Positions 14,986-25,432 of a DNA stretch of 42,001 nt are shown in pieces (positions within the stretch are counted from its first letter, which is position 1; every line of letters begins with the position of its first letter). Below the pieces are notes generated by a model. The model was not told where the DNA came from. It made no database searches and saw only the letters and a list, made by a program, of their open reading frames with translations. Source of the DNA: Candidatus Thiothrix namsaraevi. Its GTDB lineage: Bacteria > Pseudomonadota > Gammaproteobacteria > Thiotrichales > Thiotrichaceae. Made by a program: the position numbers and the translations under genes. The stretch is taken from the NCBI GenBank assembly GCA_040415395.1, contig JBEUIR010000001.1, positions 1 through 42,001 on the forward strand. The letters run 5' to 3'.

Positions 14986-15734
14986 ATCAGAACCGTGTTG
15001 ATGAATACCGCCGCAATTTTATGACAGCCTTGGGTGGTGTCGCGGCAGTCGCGGTGGTTGCGCCTAGTTTTGTGTTGCAGACAGCACACGCGGCTGGTGA
15101 AGTCACTGCGAAACCTGCGGATCAGGCGGTTACCGATGCGAAGCGTTGGGGCATGTTGATTGACGTGACCAAGCTTACCGATGGCGGCGCAGCTATGGTC
15201 GCCGCGTGTAAAAAAGAACATGGCTGGGGTGATGAAGCGCATTCTGACGCTACCCAAAAAGCGCATTGGGCGCGGGTGGTGAAAGTCACGGATAAGCTGA
15301 CCCAGAATAGTTTCAGTCTGCCAGTGATGTGCCAGCATTGCGAAAATCCACCGTGCGTTGATGTTTGCCCAACGGGCGCATCCATGAAGCGTGCGGATGG
15401 GATTGTGCAAGTTAACAAACATACTTGTATCGGTTGCCGTTATTGCATGATGGCTTGCCCGTACAAAGCACGTAGCTTTGTACATGAGCATTTGGTTGAT
15501 CAAAAAGCACATTCGCCACGCGGTATTGGTACGGTTGAATCGTGCAATATGTGCGTGCATCGCGTGGATAATGGTCAGTTACCAGCCTGTGTAGACGCAG
15601 CACCGGATGCAGTGACCTTCGGTGACTTGAATGACCCTAACAGCACGCTGAGCCAAACGTTGAAAGCTATCGGTGGGAAGCAAATCCGTGCTGATCTTGG
15701 TTTAAATACTGGCGTGCGCTACCACGGCATCTAA
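14982..15734 (+). CDS. dsrO: DsrO, periplasmic Fe-S protein (NrfC-like)
   Basis: Tat motif RRNFM; CQHCENPPCVDVCP; CIGCRYCMMACPY; CNMC..R..PAC. Confidence 0.95.
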   Translation: MNQNRVDEYRRNFMTALGGVAAVAVVAPSFVLQTAHAAGEVTAKPADQAVTDAKRWGMLIDVTKLTDGGAAMVAACKKEHGWGDEAHSDATQKAHWARVVKVTDKLTQNSFSLPVMCQHCENPPCVDVCPTGASMKRADGIVQVNKHTCIGCRYCMMACPYKARSFVHEHLVDQKAHSPRGIGTVESCNMCVHRVDNGQLPACVDAAPDAVTFGDLNDPNSTLSQTLKAIGGKQIRADLGLNTGVRYHGI

Positions 15735-15752
15735 CGGAAAGGACGAACAGCA

Positions 15753-16961
15753 ATGGCTAGTCAAGCAATCATTTTCCGCGAAACCAACGACGGCAAGGGT
15801 TTTTACATCCTGTTGGCGGTTTTGGGTGCATTCCTCGCACTGGGTGCGCTGGCATTTTTCAATGCTGAACATCATGGTCATCATGTCACAGGCATGAATA
15901 ACCAAATTGTTTGGGGTTTGCCGCACGTTTTTGCGATTGGTTTGATCGTCGCAGCTTCCGGCGCATTGAATGTCGGTTCAATCGGCACTGTATTCGGTAA
16001 GAAAATCTATCAACCCATGGGGCGTTTGTCGGCATTACTGGCGATTTCCTTACTGATTGGTGGTTTGATCGTGCTGGTGCTGGATTTAGGTCGGCCTGAC
16101 CGTTTGATCGTGGCGATGACCACCTTTAACTTTAAGTCGATCTTTGCGTGGAACATTATCCTCTATAACGGTTTCTTGGCCTTATCAGCGGTATATATCT
16201 GGACGATGATGGATCGTCAGGTGAAGGGCTATTACAAGATGGCGGGTATTGCGGCATTTACTTGGCGTTTGGTCCTGACTGCTGGTACTGGCTCGATCTT
16301 CGGCTTCTTGGTGGCGCGTGATTTTTACAATTCAGCGGTCATGGCTCCGTTATTTATCGTCATGTCATTTGCAATGGGCTTAGCGGTTTTCATTTTGGTC
16401 TTGCACTTTGCGTATGCTTGGACAGGTCGCCAATTGGGTAATGCGGTGATGAACCGCTTGCGTTATTTGCTGGCAGTGTTCATCGGTGGCGTATTGTTGC
16501 TGGAAGGCGCACGTCATTTCACCGGTTTGTACATTGCACAGAAGGCTGGTGTGGAAAACTTCATTTTGTTTGACGGTGGTGTTTACACGCAGTTGTTCTG
16601 GGTTGGGCAAATTCTGCTGGGTAGTTTGCTGCCTTTGTCGCTGATTTTCTGCCGTAGGCTGGCAAATAACCGTGTGGCATTACTGTTGGCCGCAGCGTTC
16701 ACTATCGTGGGTAGCTTTGCGCAATTGTATGTGATTTTGATTGGTGGGCAGGCTTACCCGTTGGTCTTGTTCCCCGGTGCTGAAGTTTCCAGCGATTACT
16801 TTGATGGTGTGATTAATAGCTACGTGCCAAGCATTTGGGAGTTGATGTTAGGTTTGGGTGGTGTGGCGCTTACCTTAGTGATGGTGACTGTTGGGGTGAA
16901 AGTGCTGCGTTTCCTGCCGGATTCTTTGTCGGATGCAGTGGCTGATCCGCACAGCAAGTAA
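15753..16961 (+). CDS. dsrP: DsrP, NrfD/PsrC-family membrane protein
   Basis: TGM...I.WGLPH, LDLGRPDR, about 10 TM helices, IGGQAYP. Confidence 0.95.
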   Translation: MASQAIIFRETNDGKGFYILLAVLGAFLALGALAFFNAEHHGHHVTGMNNQIVWGLPHVFAIGLIVAASGALNVGSIGTVFGKKIYQPMGRLSALLAISLLIGGLIVLVLDLGRPDRLIVAMTTFNFKSIFAWNIILYNGFLALSAVYIWTMMDRQVKGYYKMAGIAAFTWRLVLTAGTGSIFGFLVARDFYNSAVMAPLFIVMSFAMGLAVFILVLHFAYAWTGRQLGNAVMNRLRYLLAVFIGGVLLLEGARHFTGLYIAQKAGVENFILFDGGVYTQLFWVGQILLGSLLPLSLIFCRRLANNRVALLLAAAFTIVGSFAQLYVILIGGQAYPLVLFPGAEVSSDYFDGVINSYVPSIWELMLGLGGVALTLVMVTVGVKVLRFLPDSLSDAVADPHSK

Positions 16962-16993
16962 GTAGCAGCATTTACGTGCTTGAATTTTAAGAG

Positions 16994-17022
16994 AACCGGC
17001 TTTTTGCCGGTTTTCTGTTTTT
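16994..17022 (+). terminator. Intrinsic terminator ending the dsr operon
   Basis: AACCGGC-TTTTT-GCCGGTT followed by TTCTGTTTTT. Confidence 0.8.
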
Positions 17023-17027
17023 GTGGT

Positions 17028-17061
17028 TAAAAACGGCATACGCAATGGCAATGCGTTGCCG
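17028..17061 (-). terminator. Intrinsic terminator for the minus-strand yhbY operon
   Basis: Minus strand CGGCAACGCA-TTGCCAT-TGCGTATGCCG-TTTTT, 11 nt after the stop at 17073. Confidence 0.6.
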
Positions 17062-17072
17062 ATGTTACGGTT

Positions 17073-17765
17073 TCAAGGCTTCCAGTAGCTTAGTAATGCC
17101 TTGGTTTGTTCCAGTAAGTACTGTTTGCGCCAGTGATCTTCCGCTGTTGTTTTCAGGATGGATTCCAGTTGGTGTAGGCAAGCACTTTGGCGTTTATTAT
17201 GATGCTTAGACCAGTCTTTCAGTAAGGCGAGCAAGTGACTGTCTAGGTCCAAATCGAGATAACTCGGTTTGGCGTGTTCGAGCAAAATTCGCTCAAAAAG
17301 TGCTTGCTGGCGTTCGTTGGGTAGTACGCTGTAACACTCCCACAACGTGGTACAGGATGTCTGCATCAGGCGATACAGGTGTTCATCCGGGTCTTCCATT
17401 TTGTCCGCTAACAATGGTAGCGAGCCAATCACGGCTAAACATAAGTCCAGTGTTTCGCGGGTTGGGGTGGTGGCCTTACGTGCAACATTGAGTAAGTGGT
17501 GGATGGCCGTGGTCAGATGATTGGCACTGGCAACATGAATATACCCCTCTGCATTGGCGTGGCGTTGCGTCATATCTGCCAGCATTTGCCGGTATTTTGG
17601 CTCACTTGGCTCGTCGCTACCCAATAGATCGGCAAAACAGATTAGCAGAGTGTCGCGGAAGTCAGCATCCTGCAAGGCTTTTTCCCGAACAAACGTTTGC
17701 AGTTCCTGATGGGAAAGTTGTTCGAGGATATAGTCAATTTGCCCAATGCGCGTGGTCGGTTTCAC
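17073..17765 (-). CDS. Hypothetical all-helical protein (230 aa)
   Basis: GTG start directly abutting the yhbY stop; Leu-rich helical pattern; own terminator. Confidence 0.75.
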   Translation of the reverse strand: MKPTTRIGQIDYILEQLSHQELQTFVREKALQDADFRDTLLICFADLLGSDEPSEPKYRQMLADMTQRHANAEGYIHVASANHLTTAIHHLLNVARKATTPTRETLDLCLAVIGSLPLLADKMEDPDEHLYRLMQTSCTTLWECYSVLPNERQQALFERILLEHAKPSYLDLDLDSHLLALLKDWSKHHNKRQSACLHQLESILKTTAEDHWRKQYLLEQTKALLSYWKP

Positions 17766-18080
17766 TCAAAAAGCCTGCTCTTTGAGAATGTCGGGGCGAT
17801 CAGGGTTGCGGCGATATAATACAGCGACATTTCCTACCCGTTGAATCAATTGGGACTGACTGTATTGGGTAATTTGCTCAATCATTTCATCGCGCAAGTC
17901 CCGATCACCGACGCTTAATTTAATTTTAATCAGTTGATGGTAGTCAAGCGCACCCGTGATTTCTTCCAGTACAGTGGGTTTTAAGCCATGCTGACCGATT
18001 AAGACGACAGGATTAAGAGCGTGAGCACGACTCCGTAGGCGCTTTTTCTGAGTTTCTGTCAATGTTCCGGTCATTTCCAT
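17766..18080 (-). CDS. yhbY: Ribosome assembly RNA-binding protein YhbY (CRM domain)
   Basis: LT..QK..LR..AH.L.PVV.IG..G, H.LIK.K, VLYR; divergent from rlmE as in many gammaproteobacteria. Confidence 0.93.
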   Translation of the reverse strand: MEMTGTLTETQKKRLRSRAHALNPVVLIGQHGLKPTVLEEITGALDYHQLIKIKLSVGDRDLRDEMIEQITQYSQSQLIQRVGNVAVLYRRNPDRPDILKEQAF

Positions 18081-18126
18081 GATACGCTTCCCTAAATTGA
18101 CGAAGTGTAATGAGTGATAACACGGC

Positions 18127-18747
18127 ATGGCAAGAAGCAAAAGCAGTCAAAGGTGGCTGGGTGAACATTTTAGTGACGAATACGTCAAAAAAGCACAGCA
18201 GGAAGGGTACCGTTCCCGTGCAGTGTACAAGTTGCAGGAAATTCAAGAGAAAGATCGTATTCTCCAACCGGGCATGAAGGTGGTGGATTTGGGCGCTGCT
18301 CCCGGTGGGTGGAGTCAGTATGCTACCAAGTTTGTCGGGCAAAAGGGGCGGATTGTGGCAAGTGATATTTTGCCATTGGATCCCTTGCCTTTTGTTGAGT
18401 TTGTGTTAGGGGATTTTCGTGAGGAATCTGTCCTGATGGAAATGCTGAATTTACTCGGTGGCGATAAAGCTGACCTTGTTATTTCGGATATGGCACCCAA
18501 TATGAGTGGTGTTGATGCCGTTGATCAGCCGCGCTCCATTCATCTGTGTGAACTTGCATTGGATATGGCGCGTCAGGTATTAAAGCCTGGTGGCACTTTT
18601 CTGGTGAAACTGTTTCAAGGGGATGGCTCAGAAAGCTTTCTCCGCGAGGTGCGCAGTAGCTTTAAAACAGTAAAAGTAAGGAAACCGGCTGCATCAAGAC
18701 CACGTAGTCGGGAGGTTTATGTATTAGCGCAAGGTTTTGTGTTGTAA
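18127..18747 (+). CDS. rlmE: 23S rRNA Um2552 methyltransferase RlmE
   Basis: [45 protein letters not shown]. Confidence 0.97.
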   Translation: MARSKSSQRWLGEHFSDEYVKKAQQEGYRSRAVYKLQEIQEKDRILQPGMKVVDLGAAPGGWSQYATKFVGQKGRIVASDILPLDPLPFVEFVLGDFREESVLMEMLNLLGGDKADLVISDMAPNMSGVDAVDQPRSIHLCELALDMARQVLKPGGTFLVKLFQGDGSESFLREVRSSFKTVKVRKPAASRPRSREVYVLAQGFVL

Positions 18748-18803
18748 TATCTCGGTAATAGGTGTTACACGTGGATAACACGAATTGATAGTGGAGAAGT
18801 CAC

Positions 18804-20735
18804 TTGAACGATTTAACCAAAAATTTGCTGATTTGGGCTGTTATTGCTTTCGTGTTGATTGCAGTGTTCAGCAAATTCAGTGTGCCAGCCCAACCAATGA
18901 CCACAGTGCCGTACTCGGACTTTTTAAGCAATGTGCGTAGCGGTGGAGTCAAGGATGTTGAAATCAGAGGCCAAAAGATCATTGGTACAGACGGTAGCAA
19001 TGCGCGATTTGTGACGTACAGTCCGCCGAATGATGCGAAGTTGGTGGACGATTTGGTCGCCAATAACGTTAAGTTCCAAGCATCACCGCCAGAAGAGCGC
19101 TCGGTGTTGTGGGATATTATCATTAGCTGGGTACCGTTCCTGCTGATCATTGGTTTGTGGATTTACATTATGCGCCAGATGCAAGGTGGCGGTGGCGGTC
19201 GTGGGGCAATGTCCTTCGGTAAGAGTCGTGCCCGCATGATGACCGAAGATCAAGTCAAAATTAACTTCAACGATGTGGCTGGTTGCGAAGAAGCCAAGGA
19301 TGAAGTGGCTGAACTGGTTGAGTTTTTGCGTGATCCCGGCAAATTCCAGAAGCTGGGCGGTAAGATTCCGCGTGGCGTATTGATGGTGGGTTCACCGGGT
19401 ACGGGTAAAACCTTGCTGGCAAAAGCCATTGCGGGCGAAGCTAAAGTACCATTCTTCAGCATTTCCGGTTCCGATTTCGTGGAAATGTTTGTTGGTGTGG
19501 GCGCTTCTCGTGTACGTGACATGTTTGAGCAGGCCAAGAAACACGCACCGTGCATTATTTTCATTGACGAAATTGATGCGGTAGGCCGTCAACGTGGTGC
19601 AGGCGTAGGCGGCGGTCACGATGAACGTGAGCAAACCCTCAACCAATTACTGGTCGAGATGGACGGTTTTGAAGGCAGTGAAGGCATTATCGTGATTGCT
19701 GCGACTAACCGTCCTGACGTGTTAGATGCTGCTTTGTTGCGCCCTGGTCGTTTCGACCGTCAAGTGGTCGTACCATTGCCTGATGTACGGGGTCGTGAGC
19801 AAATTCTCAAAGTTCACATGCGTAAAGTGCCGTTGGGCGATGATGTTAGACCATCCCTGATTGCACGCGGTACACCGGGTTTCTCAGGTGCTGATTTGGC
19901 GAATCTGGTGAATGAAGCTGCTTTATTTGCCGCGCGTTCTAATAAACGCACAGTCGATATGCACGAGTTTGAAAAAGCCAAAGACAAGATCATGATGGGC
20001 GCTGAACGCAAGTCAATGGTCATGAAGGAAGAGGAAAAATTAGCAACGGCTTACCACGAAGCGGGTCATGCCATTGTGGGTTTGAGCGTTCCTGAACACG
20101 ATCCGGTCTACAAAGTCAGTATCATTCCACGTGGTCGTGCGTTGGGTGTTACCATGTATTTGCCGGAAGAAGACCGTTACAGTGCCAGCAAGCAGCGTTT
20201 GGAAAGCCAGATTTCTAGCTTATACGGTGGTCGTATTGCTGAAGAGTTGATCTACGGTGTGGAAGGTGTCACTACGGGGGCATCCAACGACATTGAACGG
20301 GCCACTAGCATTGCACGTAATATGGTCACTAAGTGGGGCTTGTCTAACCGCATGGGGCCATTAGCCTACTCAGAAGACGAAGGTGAAGTGTTCTTAGGGC
20401 GTTCGGTTACACAGCATAAGCATGTTTCTGATGAAACGGCTCACGCGATTGACGGTGAAATCCGCGAAGTAATTGATCGCAACTATACCCGCGCTAAGCA
20501 AATTCTCACCGAAAAAATGAGTGTGTTGCACGCCATGGCACAAGCCTTGATGAAGTATGAAACCCTTGACCGTGGGCAGGTAGATGCATTGATGCGTGGC
20601 GAAACGCCACCACCACCAGCCGATTGGACTGATGATGATTCTTCTGGTGGCAAAGGCACGCCAACGAAACCACGTCCTATTGAAGGCAATAAAACGGATG
20701 GTGGTGTGATTGGTGGAGCAGCCAGTTCGCATTAA
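18804..20735 (+). CDS. ftsH: ATP-dependent zinc metalloprotease FtsH
   Basis: TTG start after GGAG; 2 TM helices; Walker A GSPGTGKT; IIFIDEID; RPGRFDR; HEAGH. Confidence 0.98.
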   Translation: MNDLTKNLLIWAVIAFVLIAVFSKFSVPAQPMTTVPYSDFLSNVRSGGVKDVEIRGQKIIGTDGSNARFVTYSPPNDAKLVDDLVANNVKFQASPPEERSVLWDIIISWVPFLLIIGLWIYIMRQMQGGGGGRGAMSFGKSRARMMTEDQVKINFNDVAGCEEAKDEVAELVEFLRDPGKFQKLGGKIPRGVLMVGSPGTGKTLLAKAIAGEAKVPFFSISGSDFVEMFVGVGASRVRDMFEQAKKHAPCIIFIDEIDAVGRQRGAGVGGGHDEREQTLNQLLVEMDGFEGSEGIIVIAATNRPDVLDAALLRPGRFDRQVVVPLPDVRGREQILKVHMRKVPLGDDVRPSLIARGTPGFSGADLANLVNEAALFAARSNKRTVDMHEFEKAKDKIMMGAERKSMVMKEEEKLATAYHEAGHAIVGLSVPEHDPVYKVSIIPRGRALGVTMYLPEEDRYSASKQRLESQISSLYGGRIAEELIYGVEGVTTGASNDIERATSIARNMVTKWGLSNRMGPLAYSEDEGEVFLGRSVTQHKHVSDETAHAIDGEIREVIDRNYTRAKQILTEKMSVLHAMAQALMKYETLDRGQVDALMRGETPPPPADWTDDDSSGGKGTPTKPRPIEGNKTDGGVIGGAASSH

Positions 20736-20764
20736 GTTTCGTTAGTATCACCCCTCACTGATTT

Positions 20765-20796
20765 AAGGCGCGAGTATTGCACTCGCGCCTTTTGTT
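20765..20796 (+). terminator. Intrinsic terminator after ftsH
   Basis: AAGGCGCGAGT-ATTGC-ACTCGCGCCTT-TTGTT. Confidence 0.85.
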
Positions 20797-20810
20797 TATG
20801 GAATCACGCA

Positions 20811-21626
20811 ATGGCATGGCAAATCACACAATCCTCTGTGCAGGTAATGGGCATTTTGAATGTCACCCCGGATTCGTTTTCTGACGGTGGTCAATTTCAT
20901 GCACGTCACTGCGCTTTACGGCATGTTGAGCAAATGCTGTCGGAGGGCGTGGATATTATTGATGTGGGTGGGGAATCCACTCGTCCCGGTGCGGCATCCG
21001 TTTCGGTTGAAGAAGAGCTAGAACGGGTTATTCCAGTAATAACGGCGATTCGTGAACGTTTTGATGTGGCATTGTCCGTCGATACCAGCAAGCCTGAGGT
21101 TATGCAGGCGGCGGTGAGCGCGGGTGCTGATTTAATCAATGATGTGTGTGCCTTACAGCAACCCGGTGCATTGATAGCCTGTGCACCGCTTACCGTGCCA
21201 ATTTGCCTGATGCACATGCAGGGGCAGCCACGCACCATGCAGCAGTCACCTCGTTATCACGATGTGGTGCAAGATGTTTCACAATTTTTTCAAGAGCGTA
21301 TTGCGACGTGTGAAACGGCTGGAATAGCACGGCAACGCTTAATTCTTGATCCAGGGTTTGGATTTGGGAAAACTTTATCGCATAATGTGGACTTATTGCG
21401 CAGATTGACGGCGTTTTCTGATTTGGGCTTGCCTATACTCGTAGGGCTTTCACGTAAATCCATGATCGGCACTTTGTTGGATAATCGTCCGATAGAGGGA
21501 CGTTTGCATGGCAGTGTAGCTGGCGCGGTAATCGCTGCCATGCAAGGCGCAAATATTGTACGGGTACACGACGTGGGCGCAACGGTCGATGCACTCAAAA
21601 TCGTCAACGCAGTCATGAATAGATAA
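20811..21626 (+). CDS. folP: Dihydropteroate synthase
   Basis: MGILNVTPDSFSDGG, GGESTRPGA, DPGFGFGK, SRKS, RVHDV. Confidence 0.97.
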   Translation: MAWQITQSSVQVMGILNVTPDSFSDGGQFHARHCALRHVEQMLSEGVDIIDVGGESTRPGAASVSVEEELERVIPVITAIRERFDVALSVDTSKPEVMQAAVSAGADLINDVCALQQPGALIACAPLTVPICLMHMQGQPRTMQQSPRYHDVVQDVSQFFQERIATCETAGIARQRLILDPGFGFGKTLSHNVDLLRRLTAFSDLGLPILVGLSRKSMIGTLLDNRPIEGRLHGSVAGAVIAAMQGANIVRVHDVGATVDALKIVNAVMNR

Positions 21627-21647
21627 TTCAGTAAGGTAGATGGGCGA

Positions 21648-22982
21648 ATGGCAAGAAAATATTTCGGTACAGACGGGATTCGCGGCAAAATCGGGCGTTA
21701 CCCGATGACCCCTGATTTTGTATTAAAGTTAGGTTGGGCAGCGGGAAAAGTGCTGGCAAGTAACGGGCATCCCCTCGTGTTGATTGGTAAGGATACCCGG
21801 ATTTCCGGTTACATGCTGGAGTCTGCATTGCAAGCCGGTTTAGTGGCAGCAGGGGTCAATATCCGTTTATTGGGGCCGATGCCTACACCGGCGGTAGCGT
21901 ATTTGACCCGTGCGTTCCGCGCTTCTGCGGGCATTGTGATCAGTGCTTCGCATAATCCGTATGATGATAATGGTCTGAAGTTTTTCTCCGGTGATGGCAC
22001 AAAATTGCCTGACGAAGTAGAAGAAGAAATCGAACGTTGGCTGGATATGGATTTTAAAACTGTGTCTTCTGATGAGCTGGGTAAAGTCGAACGTGCTAAA
22101 GATGCGGCGGGGCGTTACATTGAATTTTGTAAACGTGCATTGCCGAATAGTGTTTCACTCAAGGGCTTGCGGATTGTCGTCGATTGCGCCAATGGTGCGA
22201 CTTATCACGTAGCACCCGATGTGTTCGGGGAGCTGGGCGCAGAAGTCATTGCAATAGGCAACACGCCTGATGGCATCAATATCAATGAAGCGTGCGGCGC
22301 AACCCATGTGGATGGTTTGTGCGATGCCGTTTTACGTTATCGTGCTGATCTTGGCATTGCCTTGGACGGTGATGGTGATCGTTTGATCATGGTGGATCAG
22401 CGCGGCGCTACGGTCGATGGCGATGAAATTCTCGCGATTATTGCGCACCACCGTCATGCTGAAGGCAAGTTGCAAGGTGGTGTGGTTGGCACGCTGATGA
22501 GCAATCTCGGTTTGGAAAAGTCAATTCAGGCGTTGGGCGTACCGTTTTACCGCGCTAAAGTCGGCGACCGCTACGTGATTGAGCAAATGACCCAGCACGA
22601 TTGCGATTTGGGTGGCGAATCATCCGGGCATATTATCGTGCGCAATTTCATCACTACGGGTGACGGCATCATTGCCGCGCTGCAAGTGTTACGGGCGATG
22701 CGCATGAGCGGCAAGCCCTTGCATGAGCTGAAAAGCGTGATGGCAAAATACCCTCAAACCCTGATTAATGTGCCGACCAAGCACAAGATTAATCTGGATG
22801 AATCCGTTGCGATTCAGGATGCAGTGCGTCAGGTTGAGCAACAATTGGGTAATCGTGGACGGGTATTATTGCGTGCCTCCGGCACTGAGCCGCTGATTCG
22901 GGTGATGGTGGAGGGTGAAGATCCCCACGAAACTGCTGAATTGGCAGAGCAAATCGCCAGTGCGGTGCGGGCTGCGGCCTGA
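21648..22982 (+). CDS. glmM: Phosphoglucosamine mutase
   Basis: [50 protein letters not shown]. Confidence 0.97.
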   Translation: MARKYFGTDGIRGKIGRYPMTPDFVLKLGWAAGKVLASNGHPLVLIGKDTRISGYMLESALQAGLVAAGVNIRLLGPMPTPAVAYLTRAFRASAGIVISASHNPYDDNGLKFFSGDGTKLPDEVEEEIERWLDMDFKTVSSDELGKVERAKDAAGRYIEFCKRALPNSVSLKGLRIVVDCANGATYHVAPDVFGELGAEVIAIGNTPDGININEACGATHVDGLCDAVLRYRADLGIALDGDGDRLIMVDQRGATVDGDEILAIIAHHRHAEGKLQGGVVGTLMSNLGLEKSIQALGVPFYRAKVGDRYVIEQMTQHDCDLGGESSGHIIVRNFITTGDGIIAALQVLRAMRMSGKPLHELKSVMAKYPQTLINVPTKHKINLDESVAIQDAVRQVEQQLGNRGRVLLRASGTEPLIRVMVEGEDPHETAELAEQIASAVRAAA

Positions 22983-22999
22983 CCTGCCCGGAATGAAGA

Positions 23000-23028
23000 T
23001 TGATTTTCACCGCTTATGCAGGTAATCT
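23000..23028 (+). promoter_or_regulatory. Candidate sigma70 promoter for tpiA
   Basis: TTGATT-N17-TAATCT, 30 nt upstream of the ATG. Confidence 0.5.
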
Positions 23029-23058
23029 TTCGCCCTTGCTTGAAAGAGAGGTGGAGTT

Positions 23059-23811
23059 ATGCGTCAGAAATTGGTTGCAGGTAACTGGAAACTAAACGGG
23101 TCAAAGGCGAGTATCGAGTCTTTGATGGGTGGCATTCTAGCTGGACTGGAAGGCATGGATAATGTGGCGGTGGCAGTTTGCCCACCTTACGTCTACATTC
23201 CCATGACTCAAGCGCTGGTGGCTGGAAGCCGTATCGGTCTGGGTTCTCAGGATATTGCTGATCAAGACGCAGGGGCTTTCACTGGCGAAGTTTCCGGGGC
23301 GATGCTCAAGGAATTTGGCTGTGACTACGCGATTGTGGGTCACTCTGAACGCCGTGCGATTTACGGCGAGCAGGACGCTGATACTGCACGTAAGTTTGCC
23401 GCAGCACGTAAGCACGGTCTGAAACCGATTCTGTGTGTGGGCGAAACGCTGGAAGAGCGTGAAGCTGGCATTACTGAAGCGGTTGTGGCACGTCAACTGG
23501 ATGCAGTGATTGCGCTGGAAGGCGTGGAAGCACTAACTGACGGTGTGATTGCTTACGAACCGGTGTGGGCGATTGGTACGGGTAAAACCGCTAGTCCGCA
23601 ACAGGCTCAGGATGTCCATGCTTTTATTCGCGGTAAATTAGCGACGCTGAATGCGATGGTCGCGGCGAATGTACAAATTTTATACGGTGGCAGCGTCAAA
23701 GGCGCGAATGCTGCTGAATTGTTTGCAATGCCGGATATTGACGGTGGCCTGATTGGTGGCGCATCTCTGGATGCCAACGAATTTCTGGCTATTTGCAAAG
23801 CCGGTAACTAA
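23059..23811 (+). CDS. tpiA: Triosephosphate isomerase
   Basis: [32 protein letters not shown]. Confidence 0.98.
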   Translation: MRQKLVAGNWKLNGSKASIESLMGGILAGLEGMDNVAVAVCPPYVYIPMTQALVAGSRIGLGSQDIADQDAGAFTGEVSGAMLKEFGCDYAIVGHSERRAIYGEQDADTARKFAAARKHGLKPILCVGETLEEREAGITEAVVARQLDAVIALEGVEALTDGVIAYEPVWAIGTGKTASPQQAQDVHAFIRGKLATLNAMVAANVQILYGGSVKGANAAELFAMPDIDGGLIGGASLDANEFLAICKAGN

Positions 23812-23825
23812 GGTTCAAAAACGCT

Positions 23826-24272
23826 ATGTTATACAATGTCTTGTTGATCATGTTGATCGTTGTTTCTGCTGCTATGATTGTGTTAATTCTGATGCAACAG
23901 GGTAAGGGTGCGGATGCGGGTGCTGCGTTTGGCAGTGGTGCGTCAGGTACGGTATTTGGGTCGCAAGGTTCTGCCAACTTTTTGAGTCGCACGACGGCAG
24001 TTTTGGCAACGCTTTTCTTTTTACTGGCATTGGCATTAGCGTTTCTGGCTTCAGGGCGTACTATTCAATCGGGCAGTATTATGGAAGCGGTTACACCAAG
24101 TGGTCAAGCGGTGGAAACCGCACCACCGGTGCCAAACAGTGACGTACCGCCTGCGCCTGCTGCGCAAGAAGCGGCCACGAGTGACGTGCCGCCTGCACCA
24201 GCCGCTAAGACTGAAGAAAAATCAGAAGAAGTGCCTAAGAATGCAGAAAAACCCGTGCAAGAGTCGAAGTAA
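23826..24272 (+). CDS. secG: Preprotein translocase subunit SecG
   Basis: L.QQGKGA.AGA.FGSGAS.T.FGS.G..NFL.R.T; 2 TM helices; long Pro/Ala-rich tail. Confidence 0.95.
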   Translation: MLYNVLLIMLIVVSAAMIVLILMQQGKGADAGAAFGSGASGTVFGSQGSANFLSRTTAVLATLFFLLALALAFLASGRTIQSGSIMEAVTPSGQAVETAPPVPNSDVPPAPAAQEAATSDVPPAPAAKTEEKSEEVPKNAEKPVQESK

Positions 24273-24283
24273 TAGCATAGAAT
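24255..24283 (+). promoter_or_regulatory. Candidate promoter for tRNA-Leu
   Basis: GTGCAA-N17-TAGAAT followed by a GC-rich discriminator (GCGCC). Confidence 0.45.
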
Positions 24284-24296
24284 ATGCGCCTGCTTT

Positions 24297-24381
24297 GCCG
24301 ACGTGGTGGAATTGGTAGACACGCTATCTTGAGGGGGTAGTGGCGCAAGCTGTACCGGTTCGAGTCCGGTCGTCGGTACCA
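24297..24381 (+). tRNA. tRNA-Leu(GAG)
   Basis: 85 nt; acceptor GCCGACG/CGTCGGT; D-loop GGAATTGGTAGAC; anticodon loop TTGAGGG; long variable arm; GGTTCGAGTCC; encoded CCA. Confidence 0.96.
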
Positions 24382-24386
24382 TACAT

Positions 24387-24420
24387 AAAAAGCCTGTCAT
24401 CGTGAGATGGCGGGCTTTTT
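24387..24420 (+). terminator. Intrinsic terminator after tRNA-Leu
   Basis: AAAAAGCCTGTCATC-GTGA-GATGGCGGGCTTTTT. Confidence 0.85.
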
Positions 24421-24605
24421 GCTTTTATGCCTAATTCTTGCTAAAACCTGACAATACCCACTTTGGGGAATTAATCTGTGGTTCATGCACCGTTATATTC
24501 GACTGCATAAAGAAATAATGATACAAACAGTAAGTGTTTGGAATCATGCATCACAGACAGCCGAGTGGTTTGGAGAGAGCACTACGGTTTGCACCAGGAG
24601 TTAGT

Positions 24606-24962
24606 ATGTTAGGTGAGTACCTCCCGATTCTCGTTTTTCTGGCAGTCGGTTTTGGCTTAGCAGTGGTATTGCTAGGTTTGGGTTTGCTTGCAGGCCCGCG
24701 CCGACCGGACGCAGAAAAAGATTCAGCGTTCGAGTGCGGCTTCCCCGCGTTTGAAGACTCTCGCATCAAATTTGACGTGCGCTACTACCTCGTCGCCATC
24801 CTTTTCATCATTTTCGACCTTGAAATCGCCTTTTTGTTCCCCTGGGCCATTGTGCTCGACTCCATTGGGGTGTTCGGCATCGTGGCGATGGGTATTTTCC
24901 TGACTATCCTGATTGTTGGTTTCATCTACGAGTGGAAAAAAGGGGCATTGGAATGGGAGTAG
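24606..24962 (+). CDS. nuoA: NADH-quinone oxidoreductase subunit A
   Basis: [50 protein letters not shown]. Confidence 0.97.
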   Translation: MLGEYLPILVFLAVGFGLAVVLLGLGLLAGPRRPDAEKDSAFECGFPAFEDSRIKFDVRYYLVAILFIIFDLEIAFLFPWAIVLDSIGVFGIVAMGIFLTILIVGFIYEWKKGALEWE

Positions 24963-25429
24963 AAGGGGTTCTGGAGAAAGGCTTCGTCACCACGACAGCC
25001 GATGCCCTGATCAACTGGGCGCGTACTGGCTCGTTGTGGCCGATGACCTTTGGTCTGGCGTGCTGTGCGGTCGAAATGATGCACGCGGGGGCTTCACGTT
25101 ACGATTTAGACCGGTTTGGTATTGTATTCCGTCCTAGCCCGCGCCAATCGGATGTGATGATCGTGGCAGGAACGCTGACCAACAAGATGGCTCCGGCGTT
25201 GCGCAAGGTCTATGATCAAATGGCGGAACCGCGTTGGGTGATTTCGATGGGGTCTTGCGCCAATGGTGGCGGTTACTACCATTATTCCTACGCGGTGGTG
25301 CGCGGGTGTGACCGGATTGTGCCGGTGGATATTTACGTACCCGGTTGCCCGCCAACCGCTGAAGCCCTGCTGTATGGCATTATCCAGTTGCAGAATAAAA
25401 TTCGTCGAACCAACACGATAGCGCGGTAA
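24953..25429 (+). CDS. nuoB: NADH-quinone oxidoreductase subunit B
   Basis: [31 protein letters not shown]. Confidence 0.97.
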   Translation: MGVEGVLEKGFVTTTADALINWARTGSLWPMTFGLACCAVEMMHAGASRYDLDRFGIVFRPSPRQSDVMIVAGTLTNKMAPALRKVYDQMAEPRWVISMGSCANGGGYYHYSYAVVRGCDRIVPVDIYVPGCPPTAEALLYGIIQLQNKIRRTNTIAR

Positions 25430-25432
25430 TTC

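Noticed and set aside
24382-24605. Genomic island integrated at tRNA-Leu (or at tRNA-fMet)
   Set aside because: There is no integrase or duplicated tRNA 3' end, and the secG-tRNA-Leu-nuo and tRNA-fMet-rimP orders are uninterrupted.
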